Under the pieces are notes generated by a model. That model had not been told where the DNA came from and did not search any database. It saw nothing but the letters and a program-made list of their open reading frames with translations. A stretch of 64,000 nucleotides of DNA from Entomortierella parvispora E1425 (taxonomy: Eukaryota; Fungi; Mortierellomycota), in NCBI GenBank assembly GCA_020891255.1, contig BQFW01000014.1, forward strand, positions 1 through 64,000, given 5' to 3'. This document shows, piece after piece, positions 1 to 11,200 of this stretch. Position numbers and translations under genes: made by a program. Position 1 is the first letter of the stretch, and each line of letters begins with the position of its first letter.

Positions 1-379
1 AATGCCATCATGAAGTTTCTGATTTCGAAACGCCGGAGCCATGCCTCGAGTCTAGTACTTTTTGTTGCATGGGTCCACATTCGCACAGAAGACATAGACT
101 GGTTGCACCCTGCTGTCCTTGCTGTCCTGGATGTTGCATCCGTTCGTACGGTAAGTTTGAGAAGAGTATCTTTTGAAGAACGGGGAAAGAGTGATTTCTC
201 AGAGCCGCAAAGGCAAAAAGAAAGAAAAAGTGCTGCGAAAAGTCACGGACAGCGGAAAGGGAAAAAAAACGAAATGCATTCTAACGTGGTCTCTTCTTGC
301 TGTTGCCAACCTAGCCAGTGACCTTGACCTTGGTTCTGAGTCGACTGAAGTTTCGGATCAGGTCGAGGTCGGGGGTTTT

Positions 380-715
380 CTTCTTGGTCCTGGCCTCTTC
401 CTGGTCCTGGCCCTCTTCCTGGTCCTGGCCCTCTTCCTGGTCCTGGCCCTCTTCCTGGTCCTGGCCCTCTTCCTGGTCCTGGCCCTCTTCCTGGTCCTGG
501 CCCTCTTCCTGGTCCTGGCCCTCTTCCTAGTCCTGGCCCTCTTCCTGGTCCTGGCCCTCTTCCTAGTCCTGGCCCTCTTCTTGGTCCTGGCCCTCTTCCT
601 GGTCCTGGCCCTCTTCCTGGTCCTGGCCCTCTTCCTGGTCCTGGCCCTCTTCTTGGTCCTGGCCCTCTTCCTAGTCCTGGCCCTCTTCTTGGTCCTGGCT
701 CTTCCTAGCCCTGGT
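380..715. repeat. 18-bp minisatellite, about 18 copies
   Basis: Unit CCTGGTCCTGGCCCTCTT repeated head-to-tail, with CTG->CTA and CTG->TTG variants; translates as (LVLALF)n, (RARTRK)n or (EEGQDQ)n depending on frame. Confidence 0.95.
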
Positions 716-1129
716 CCTCCTCTTGGCTCATTATTCTTGGCCAAACCCTCCTGACTGGATCTGACAATGGACGGACTTTTCGCTTCCCTGCATAGTTGCT
801 ATTCACTTCTGTCCTGCGGGCTTGATCTTTTTTTTTTTTTTGGCGGAAACAAAAAAAAAGCTTCACTCCAGCGTGTTGTTCTGTCCACTTCTGCAGTAGG
901 TGTTGCTTCTCAAGCGCTTGGTGTTGCTCTCTTGGAAAAAGAATCCATGCTGATGTCCTTTTTGTTTTCTTGTTCACATAGACCACAGCCAGCCGGGCTT
1001 CTCGCTTCAGTGGTCTTTTGGTTGGGCCTTCTCTCCCTTTGGAGACTGAGCTAGGAGGTCGATCTTGGTCTTTGCCTCTATTTGCTCTAGTTGTCACTGG
1101 TTGGCGCTCCATTCACTATGACCATCATG

Positions 1130-1980
1130 TCACTGCATGTCGATTCCCCTGTGGCCAAGTTGTTGATCTCGGCGCGGATCTTTTCCCCCTGGCCGGCTCC
1201 CCACCCACTCCCCCCCGAGGGACTGGGGGCCAGGGGGTTTCTCCCCTCTGCCCATCCCTTTTGTGTGAGGGATGGGAGTTGGGATTAGGGGCTGATTCTG
1301 CAGCAGCAGCATCTATTGCTATTGCCCCAGATGTCACCGATGGACGCTTCCTGCGCGCCATCCACTCAAGCCCGTCGACATGTCGCTGCATGCCGATTCC
1401 CTTCAGCCAAGTTGTTGATCTCGGCGCGGATCCTCCCCTCTGGCCGGCTCCTGCCCACTCCCCCCCGAGGGACTGGGGGCCAGGGGGTTTTTCTCCCCAC
1501 TCTGCCCATCCCTTTTGTGTGAGGGATGGGAGTTGGGACTGGGAGCTGATTCTGCTGCAGCAGCCTCTATTGCTGTTGCCCCAGATATCACCGATGGACG
1601 CTTCCTGCGCGCCATCCACTCAAGCCCGTCGCATGTCGCTGCATGCTGATTCCCTTCGGTCAAGTTGTTGATCTCGACGTGGATCTTTCCCCCCTGGCCG
1701 GACTCGCCACCCCACTCCCCTTCTGAGGGAATGGAGTCCAGGAGGGGGTTCTCTTCTCTTCTCTCCCCACTTGCTCATCTTCCTCACCTGTGAGAAATGA
1801 GATTTGGGGCTGACTCTGCTGCTGCTGCCCTCTGCCGCGGCTGCCCCAGATGCCACCGATGGACGCTCCCTGCGGTCCATCCTTCAAGCCCATTGCAGAC
1901 TGACTGCTCCAAGTTGGTCTGTTTTGCCCCCCCTCTGGCCGGCTTCCTCCCACTTCCCCCGGGGACTGGGGGCCAGAGGA
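1130..1980. repeat. ~252-bp tandem repeat, 3 good copies plus 1 diverged
   Basis: Anchor (C/T)CAAGTTG at 1155, 1407, 1660 and 1909 (spacings 252, 253, 249); long internal identity between the first three units. Confidence 0.9.
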
Positions 1981-2695
1981 GGTTTTAGCAGCCCTATCCA
2001 TAGCCCACTCGTGAGCCGTGGCAATGGGGCTCGGGAGGCCACTCGCCATCAGCTATCCCATTAGCTTGCACTTGCAGCTTCTTCTTGCGCCTTTCTGCTC
2101 ACCGTTGCCGTTCAAGACTCTGCCAGCTTGCGCATCCCAGCTCGCCCATGCGAGCGCGCAAGCAAGGACTCCCATTCCCCGCTCACCCCTACTTGGGGTG
2201 ACATGGGCGGGGCTTTCCTCCCATGCAGGCAGACAAGACAAGACAAGGACACCCTACTTTCCCCACCTTGCACCCTAACTTGGGTGCCCTGGGCATGGCT
2301 CACCCCAATCTGGGGTGTCCCCAGCGTAGGGTCTCCCCATTGCAGGGTTTCCCCATTGTAGGGTTTCTTCACCCTAAAGTCCGTCCACCCAGTCTCCCCC
2401 CAGAGACCCCTTAACTTTCCCCCTGACCCCCACTCAGGGGGGTCATTGCCGGTGTGACCAAGAGACCAAGAGTTGGAGAATGCCCTCATGCATCTTGTCA
2501 GGGTCGTGGATGCATGCGATTGGTCCGATCGGGTTCCATCGATCACGCCATCGTCAGGGTGGATTGAGATGGAGTAAGATGGAGCAAGATGGAAAAGATG
2601 AAAGATGCCCAACCTTGGACCTTTTCTCTTTCTCTCCATTCTCTCCATTCCTCCATTCCCACCCACCCACCCCCACCAACAACAGCACTCCCACC

Positions 2696-3537
2696 ATGAA
2701 CCGCCACGCTGCCCCCCAGCACTCCCCCAGTGAGCTTCAAGACAGTTGTCCAAACCCCCAAGAAGGTCACCATCGACGACTTTGTTGGCGAGAATGGCCT
2801 GGTTCCCTTAACACAGGCCCACAGCCACCTTAAGGGCTCCATGATGAGTCCTAGACCCATGAATCCCTCCGCCCCCGCCAGAGGCAGGGCTCTCCCCACC
2901 CACACCGTCTTCGGCGGGTCCGATGACGAGGGGCAGGGGAGCGAGGACTCCAAGGAGGACAACCACCAAGATGACGACGCCGAGATAACGGACCCTCCCT
3001 CGGGACAGGGAGGACGAGACGGGGCAAGGCCATCACGTTGCTGACACCACGTACGTGGCTGATGCGGACGATGAGGCTACCCAACCATTGCCGGCGCTCG
3101 AGCAAGAACAAGACCTGTTGGAGATGGTGCCACAGAGCCCGCTGGAGACAATGGGGGGTGGACTCCCCCCCCTGTCACAGGCAGCGACTGGCACTGTCGA
3201 CCAGGCGCCCGTGGTTGACGTTCACCAACCACAAGACGCCCCAACCCCTATGCATCCGAGGCAATATACCCAGGCCCTGGAGACCTTCGTTCAGACTCTC
3301 CAAAGGCGCTTCGAGTATGTCGAAGCGCGCCTCAGGATACACGAGCAAGCCCAAGTAGGCGAACATTCGGCGATGCAAGGCTTGGATGACCTGGAGGACC
3401 AGTTCATGGATTTGAGTGATCAGATCTCTCATCACCTCTTCCGCCTCAGGCCACAGGCCCATCCCAAGCCCAAGCGTGCCCACTCCCGCCCCAAACCATA
3501 CCACTCCCGCCCCGCCTCCAGGCGTGGCCCCAGATAG
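2696..3537 (+). CDS. Putative ~280-aa orphan ORF with two apparent frameshifts in C-rich runs; acidic middle, coiled-coil-like segment, basic tail
   Basis: CCACCATG at 2696; ORF-track pieces 2730-3044 and 3055-3537 join by single-base shifts near 2715 and 2995 into a compositionally continuous protein; no family recognised. Confidence 0.4.
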
Positions 3538-3588
3538 CCCCGTAAACCATCAAGCATTGAGCCGACTGGCATACCCCATTAAAGAATT

Positions 3589-3655
3589 AAAACCTAAAAA
3601 CCCTAAAAACCCTAAAAAAAACCCTAAACCTTAATTTTAGGGTTTATTCCCTAAA
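3589..3655. repeat. Degenerate telomere-like/telo-box cluster (A)nCCCT with a 10-bp hairpin
   Basis: AAAACCTAAAAACCCTAAAAACCCTAAAAAAAACCCTAAA-CCTTAAT-TTTAGGGTTT-ATTCCCTAAA; AAACCCTAAA pairs perfectly with TTTAGGGTTT. Confidence 0.75.
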
Positions 3656-3914
3656 CTCGCGTATTTATACAGTTTAACGATGTCCTGGAGTGTCTGTGCA
3701 TCGTTTGCGCTATTCAGACTGACCGTGCGATGCGTTTTCTGTTTGTCCTAAAAAGGAAATATTCAATTTATTGGTGGCTTAGACTTCCTGGACTATTAGG
3801 TGTTCCCTTTGTTTACTTTTGCTCCCGGGTTCGAATCCGGCTTCGGCCTCGCTTTTCTGAAGATATAAAAACAATGTGTTTTTTTTCCTTCGTAGAGATA
3901 TGAGATACAGTGCA

Positions 3915-4142
3915 TTAAAGAGCTATCCTCATAAGTATTCCACCAAGCTAACAACATCGTCAATCCATAAGGTGGATCTTGAGCAATTGCATTTTTTAAT
4001 CTCGTTTTTTTTGAAATTCGAACACTCTTTTCTCGATATCTACGTTGATGACCTAGGTGATTTTATATGGGGAGGTGCCTATTCATCAGAGGTCAATATT
4101 CATGAAGAAAAACTGGCGAGTGATAAGGTGGTTGTGGTGTAA
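3915..4142 (+). mobile_element. Possible degenerate Ty1/copia reverse-transcriptase fragment
   Basis: ORF 3876-4142 reads LKSYPHKYSTKLTT..KVD..FLDIYVDDL..GGAYSSEV..EKLAS, which echoes the copia LKQAP/KVD/YVDD/EKL motif order; resemblance by eye only. Confidence 0.3.
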
Positions 4143-5029
4143 TTGCTGTTCTTATATTTCGTTTTTTTTTTGAAAAAAAATTCTCTCTTAAGATGGAGGA
4201 GTGAAGTGGTGACAGGAGCCGAGAGCTAGCCACTTAGACACTTCGTAGCTACATTTCACGAAGTATGAGAAGGGAAAAGAGCAAAGTCTGCAGTTTGGGG
4301 TGAGAGAACGACTGTTGGGCGCTTGAAAGGACAATCCACTAGCAACAGGAGACCGAGTGTGAACCGTACACATGCTAGCTCTCTCTTGACTTCAGCGAGG
4401 AACTTGTAGCTCTCTCAAACAGTTTTTGCTCTCCTCATCGTGCATGTAGACAAGAACATCAGCTCGTGCAGTTGTCACGTAGTTTTTTATTAAAAGTTGT
4501 ACGCGCTAGACAAAAGGAGGAACAAGATGGCAGAGACGAAGGCGCAAGACAGACGAGAGTGAGGTGACTTTGCCCTGGAATCGTCTCGTTCCTCGCTAAT
4601 GCATGCTCTGCCTGAGGGCCAGAGAAATCTAGCAGTTGAGGGTAGAGAGGACTTACCTGAGAAGTGCGCACGCCTGAATTAATCACTCCATGCTTCCTGC
4701 ATGCATCTCGTTTGTCGCATGTCCACTCTGGTTCATGGCTAGATTGAATGAGCTTTCTCCGTATGATTAGATGTAAAAGAAGTTGTTGACGACAAAGGGA
4801 AGGAGTAGCGAGCAACGCGTGAGAAAGGAAGGAGAAAGGAGAGGAAACGCCCAAGCTTGCGTCAACAAGAAAAGAAGAGAGCGAAAACGAAGACAGGGGC
4901 ACAAAAGACCCGCTGATGTTTGATGTAAGAGTCGAGTTGGATGCATTGGGTCGGTTGAGACGGCGGCCGCAAAAGGTGAAAGATGTGAGCTCGATTCATG
5001 GGAGGAGAAGGATGCACGAGATGAGATGC

Positions 5030-5180
5030 AACAAAGAGAGATGCAGCAAAGAAGAGAGATGCAGCAGAGAAGAGAGATGCAGCAGAGAAGAGAGATGCAA
5101 TAGAGAAGAGAGATGCAATAGAGAAGAGAGATGCAATAGAGAAGAGAGATGCAACAGAGAAGAGAGATGCAACAGAGAAG
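5030..5180. repeat. 18-bp purine-rich minisatellite, about 8 copies
   Basis: Unit AGAGAAGAGAGATGCA(A/G)(T/C). Confidence 0.9.
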
Positions 5181-5414
5181 AAAGATACAAAAAGGAAAAG
5201 GGATGCAGGAGACGAGAGATGCAAAAGAGGAGAAAGATCCAAAAAGGAAAAGGGATGCAGGAGACGAGAGATGCAAAAGAGGCGAAAGATCCAAAAAAAG
5301 AAGACGGATGCTAGATACGGGAGGACAGGGTAAGGATGCAAGAGTCGAGGAGAAAGGAAGGATGCAGGAATCGAGACGAGAGACATGAGAGGAAAGGGAT
5401 GCAAAAAAAGAGAG

Positions 5415-5736
<322 letters not shown>

Positions 5737-6099
5737 TGCAAGAACTGTGGAATGCAGGAGACGAGAAGGTCAAACAATGCAAGAGACAAGATGAATGCAA
5801 GAGACAATATGAATGCAAGAAACGACATGAATGCAAGGGAAGAGAGGGATGCAAGGGACGAGATGGAGAGGACGAGATGGAGAGGACGAGATGAATGCAA
5901 GAGACGAGAGGGATGCAAGGAGGATGGGTTGAGATGGCAAGAGAAGGGAGGGAGACAGATGGGAGAAAAAGACAGGAGTTCTGGGATGCTCTATCCAAAA
6001 AACAACAACAAATGGAGCTGGCCCCATCCAAAAGAACATTGGTCTTGGGAGGGAAGAGGACAGGAGGAAAGAGAAGAGGAGGGAGAAGAGGAGGAACAA

Positions 6100-6297
6100 G
6101 AGGGAGGAGGAACAAGAGGGAGGAGAAGAGGAGAAGAGGAGGAAGAGAAGAGAGGGACGAGAGGGAGGAGAAGAGGAGAAGAGGAGGAAGAGAAGAGAGG
6201 GACGAGAGGGAGAAGAAGAGGAGAAGAGGAGGAAGAGAAGAGAGGGACGAGAGGGAGAAGAAGAGGAGAAGAGGAGGAAGAGAAGAGAGGGACGAGA
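6100..6297. repeat. 45-bp purine-rich tandem repeat, about 4 copies
   Basis: Translates as repeating GTRGRRRGEEEEEKR (15 codons) in ORF 5752-6423. Confidence 0.85.
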
Positions 6298-6421
6298 TCA
6301 GTCCATGCGGGTCCCTTTTGTGCTTTTTTTTTTTTTTTTTGCGCTGTCATCCCGAGGAAGGGTGGACGAGCACGAAACTCACATCGTGCGACCAAAAAGT
6401 GCAAGAGTGAAGACAAGAAAT

Positions 6422-6585
6422 GATCAAGACTGACGAACAAGAGAGACGAGAAGACGAGAGACGATCAAGACCGACGAACAAGAGAGACGAGAAGACGAGA
6501 GACGATCAAGACCGACGAACAAGAGAGACGAGAAGACGAGAGACGATCAAGACCGACGAACAAGAGAGAAGAGAAGACGAAAGAC
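6422..6585. repeat. 41-bp tandem repeat, 4 copies
   Basis: GATCAAGAC anchor at 6422, 6463, 6504 and 6545; unit GATCAAGACCGACGAACAAGAGAGACGAGAAGACGAGAGAC. Confidence 0.92.
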
Positions 6586-6884
6586 GACCAAGAGGGAAGA
6601 GAAGAAACTAAAGAAGGGAGAGAGAAGAAGAGAGGGACAGTTGACAAGTTCAAGAGAAAAGAAAACACCGTCAAGGGAAAATAAGAGGAAGAAAACGGTG
6701 GAGCAAGAAAGATGAGAAGAGGGGGAAGACACGAGAGGAACAAGACGGAAGAGAAGAGAAGAGAAAGAGGGAGAAGAGGAGAGGGACAAGGCGGAAGAAG
6801 AGACGAGCAAGAGAGAAGAGAAGAGAGAAGCAACAGGGAAGATAGTGAGTTCCGAAAGAGGAGGAGAGCAAAAAGGAGAAAGAA

Positions 6885-7830
6885 ACGGTCAGTCCATGCG
6901 ACAACAAACAAAAAGGGGGCAGGGTTCTTGGTTTTTTTTTTCTCGCCAGCAGCTGTAAACTGCTCCTCCAAGAATTACTCCTCCCTTGGATGGACATGTC
7001 CACTCTGATGCGGAGATAGATGCCACAGTCGGCAGCGCAATATCTTCTTCCAGTTCTCTTCGTTGTCGCGCCGCAGGGAATGGACTGGATCGACTTGTCA
7101 GAACATGAGGACATTTGTCCCCTTTTTTTTTAAAGTTTCCTCTGCTGCTGGAGCTGAAGGGCATTTGTTTCCAACAAGTCAAGGTCGGGTTAGCACCCAT
7201 CTGTCCGGCATGACGGAATGCTGTAAATGGAAGAGGAGGTATGGAAGAGATGAGAGGCATGGAAGAGACGAGATGGCAAGCCTAGGAAGGTAAGAAACAA
7301 AGAGAGATGGAGGGAAGGCAGAGAAAAAGAGACTAGTTCAGTCCCAACGGCAACAAACTACAACGCGCATTTCTCCCCCTCTACAGTGGTCTTGGGATAA
7401 TTGTCGAGAGGGAATGGAAGGGAAGAGAAGATAGGGCCAAGAGGAAAGAGAAGAGAAGGGCAAGAGAGCTCAGGAACGATCAGTCCATGCGATGCGGACA
7501 ACAAACGACAACACGGTGAAGAGTCGCTGACTTTTTTTTTGTGCCAACGGCCGCAAAGTGCTTCTCCAAGATTGCTCCTTCTTTAGACCTTGGATGGACA
7601 TGTGCATCTCGATGCAGGCACGGTGCGAGAGTTGTCACAGTGGATGGTGCGACCTCTTCCTCCAAGTCCCTTCGGTTTGTTGTGCTCTGGCGGAGAGGAA
7701 AGCGCGTCAAGACGCGATTTTTTTTTTTTTTTTTTTTTTGGATTCCGCGTCCGGTTTCCACAGGTGCCACTGGGAATAGGGCTCCAAGTCAAGGACAAGT
7801 GGGTCTCCATTAATCCGACCATGAACGAAT
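6885..7830. repeat. Diverged ~350-bp direct duplication (about 6885-7230 and 7475-7830)
   Basis: Shared ordered anchors TCAGTCCATGCG, ACAACAAAC, T-run, CTCCAAGA, CTTGGATGGACATGT, T-run, CAAGTCAAGG. Confidence 0.75.
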
Positions 7831-8249
7831 GCTCTGAATCTACCTCCATAGCCTCTTCCTGCGCGCTCACCCATCAATCGCACCCTACCATTTGTCATGT
7901 GTCTGTGCTGCTTCCCTCAGTGATCCAGGGATTGAAGAGAAGGGCACGCACGACAAAGACAACTGAGCAGGCTATCCTCTCACTAGGCAAGAAAGATGAA
8001 GGCTACGACAGAGAGGTACATCAAAAGAACAACAACTATTTCTTTCGAGTCTCGTAGAACTTCCTCGCTCCGACGCCTTATCAGCAGGTAATCGCAAACG
8101 CAGTTCCTCCGCTTTTTCTTCTAAATGAGATGAGATCGATCTGTCCCGTAAGAGCAGATAACCGCAGTACTTTTCCCCTCCTCACTCTCCTTGCCCTGCT
8201 TATGGCACTCGCCTACCTCAAGATGAAACGATCTTGGTTTAGGCAGTGG

Positions 8250-11200
8250 TGCTCCAACAGAGAAAGAGGCCACGAAAGCTAGAAGAGGACAATGTAGAGG
8301 AACATTTTGGTTTGGCAGTCTATCAACAGAAGAGATGGGCTCCATGCGAAACGCGCCACATCAACAGTCAGGACTATAAACAGAAGACAAGCGGCCGAAC
8401 CTGGCTCAATCAATGGGTATGTAGTTCATGTAGTTCATATATCGACTTAGTTGGCGGCCGAGTGGAATGCAAGAGGCAAGATGGAAGAAAGATGAAACGA
8501 AGGGAGAGACAAAGGTAAGAAAGAATTGGGAGGACAGCGATACATGAGAAGAAAGCTGACAGAACTTGACTTTGTTCCTCAAGTGCAACCCCAAGACACT
8601 CTGTCTCGATTTGCTTTTCCCATGACTTATCTGAAGTGCAAGGGAGACAAGTCACGATATTGATCGATGTTAGCCAGGACTTCTCGAGGAGACAAAGAGT
8701 CGTTGTCACGACCAGACAGGGCAAGAATACGAAAAGGGCCGAAAGGCATGGTTTATTATGAATTGCAGACTGGAGGACAAGGTAAGGAGCCAGAGCCACA
8801 TACAATTGTGTGGTGTAGGATGTACAGGCCTACTGTTGAATCAAAGCGAATAGGGGAAAGTGACTCATCATCCGGCAGGTAATAATAACAAGCTGGACCT
8901 GACGAAGGAGAGTCGATATTTCTGAGAGACAATAACAATCTTACAACGGAAATGCATGCCAAGTTCGATCCAAGTTCCTGGTGGTTCGAGAAGGGGCAGG
9001 GACATACATCGCCGATATTGCGACACGGATCATGAGATCAAGGCAGCCTTTTCAAGGTCGATCCATGATAGCCATCTTCTCATTTTTCTTTTTTCTGCAC
9101 TTGGTGGATTTCACGCGTGCTTGCAAGTGTTGCTTTTGACTGTCGGGTCTACAACCAGCTCTGAGGCGTTGACATTATGGCCGACTTTCAGCTTCATTTG
9201 TTTCCAGATGGCCCTGCATTCTGCTGGAGTGGCGTGGTGTCTGGCGATTATCAAGGAGAAGGAAGTGCAAAGGCATGGTCAACCGTGACCTCAATGGCCA
9301 TATCTTGTCATTATTGTTCTTCAGTCAGTCAGCCAGGCGGGATGGTCTATCGATTGATATCTATCGCGGTAGTCCATGAAGCGGGATTCAAGTATGTAGA
9401 GGGGAGCGAGGAAGACAAAGGTCGATGCTGAACCCACAAAAAAAAAAAAGGTGCCGGTCCAGGCAGGCATGGTCTCTTTATTTCCCTGCAGAGTAGGAAA
9501 TAACGACAGCAGCTGGCACCATGCTGATGCTTCTGATGCCTCCTTCCGTCTCCTTCCAACAAACATCGGAGACCCACACATCATCCTCTTGGTCCTCCTT
9601 CTTCCACGCCATTCCCGTCTCGACGCTGTTTCCTAGCTCCTACTTTTCTCATCTCGAGCCTACATTTCATTTTCCCCCTTCTCAGAGACACGCGCAACAT
9701 GCTGCTTTGTTTCGCGGAAAGCCATCCCTGTCGACATGCACTCTGCCATTACAATTGGTACCTCAACGTTTCAATCAATGTCAAGAAAATCAACAGACTT
9801 ACAAACCTCGAACACACATACCTTTCCTCTGGTGCGTTTCCAATCCTGATGCCAATCAGGACTCAGTCGAAATCATCAACGCCCTTGAAGTGAAGACCAA
9901 GCAGAACAAACGGACGATTGTTTCCCGAGAATCTCGATGACCACACCGACTTCATTGCCCAAGGACCACCATCAGGTAATGTCTGCGTTTTTCGTTAATG
10001 CTGCGAAAACCCTTGTACGTGCGCTCATACAAACTACTCTTGCTTCTAGGTGTAATGGTTGGGTATCAGGGCGTCAACGTAACCGTGGCAGCAGCGCTCA
10101 GTCCGATGTCCATACTCCAGTATCTGCTCATCTCTCTCCAAGGTCTCCCCGCTTCCCGTTCTCTATATTCAGATGTACCTGGTAAGTTAATCGCGCGTGT
10201 CCTTCTCAGCTGCGTCTATTACCGTTTTGCTCATCTCTTCAAAACAGTCGCATTGACCGCCATAGGAACAGGAATTATCGCATGGGGCAGGATCTCAGGA
10301 GCAGGATCTCAGGAGCAGGAAAGCGCGGACAAGTGAGGGCTGAAGAAGTTCCACCGCCATTGTTTCTAGCTTGCCAAAATCTGCACGTTCTAGAAACTCA
10401 ACAAGTGGCGCAGATGACATCCTCACCAACTATCCGTGGGACCATCAACGTCCCGAGATGCAGCTGAAAACATGTGGCCTTTACGTCAAAGCGGATAAGA
10501 AGGGTCCCGGATCGAATGACATACTTGGCTGTACGGGCGTTGTCAGATAACCCCAAACGTCCATTCAACGAACAACAAACAACAAATCACGGACCGCGTG
10601 CGAGATTTGACATACGGCCTTCTGTATTTGCAGCTTCTGATTCTGGAGTACAGAGTGAGTATCCATCAGATTCGCCCTCGCTCTCCTGCAGAAGGTGGTT
10701 ACTCCTGCAAGGCAGCACTAGCCTTCCTGCATGTGCTTGGGGGCCTTTTCAAGGATGTCAGACTGGTGACTCACGGCTTCCGACTCGTGGAACCTCAATA
10801 TCACCAACCCTGTGCGTGGACTTGTATGAAAGAGACACTAAGGCGACTTCTTGCACGTGCACCACAGGCATGGCCAGGTTTATTTTGACTCTGGGCGATG
10901 CTCAAGTGCTGGGAAGGCTCCCGATGGACTGCCTCAACATTGACCATACCACCATTCCGCCCCATACTGGTTTAACTCCACAAATTCCGGCGAGCTTCAA
11001 CAATGCAGGACGACATCAAGATTCGCATCCATGCCTTGAGACACGGGGTTAAGCTACTATGAGCTGGAATGGTCTAGTGGCTCTTCATCAGGTACCAATT
11101 TTTCAGCAAATGAACTTGATAATGCAAAGACTGCCAGAAAACTTTCCGGATGCAGAACAACAAAATCTGTTGGATCAGGATCTAGCACTGGACTTGGGAG

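Noticed and set aside
3589-3655. A true telomere
   Set aside because: Short, irregular, present in both orientations and internal to the window; kept only as a telomere-like motif cluster.
3770-3850. Complete tRNA gene
   Set aside because: B-box only; T stem imperfect; no D arm, anticodon arm or 5' acceptor strand.
6100-6585. Regular 45-bp and 41-bp arrays as CRISPR-like
   Set aside because: Head-to-tail identical units with no unique spacers, eukaryotic context, no cas genes.
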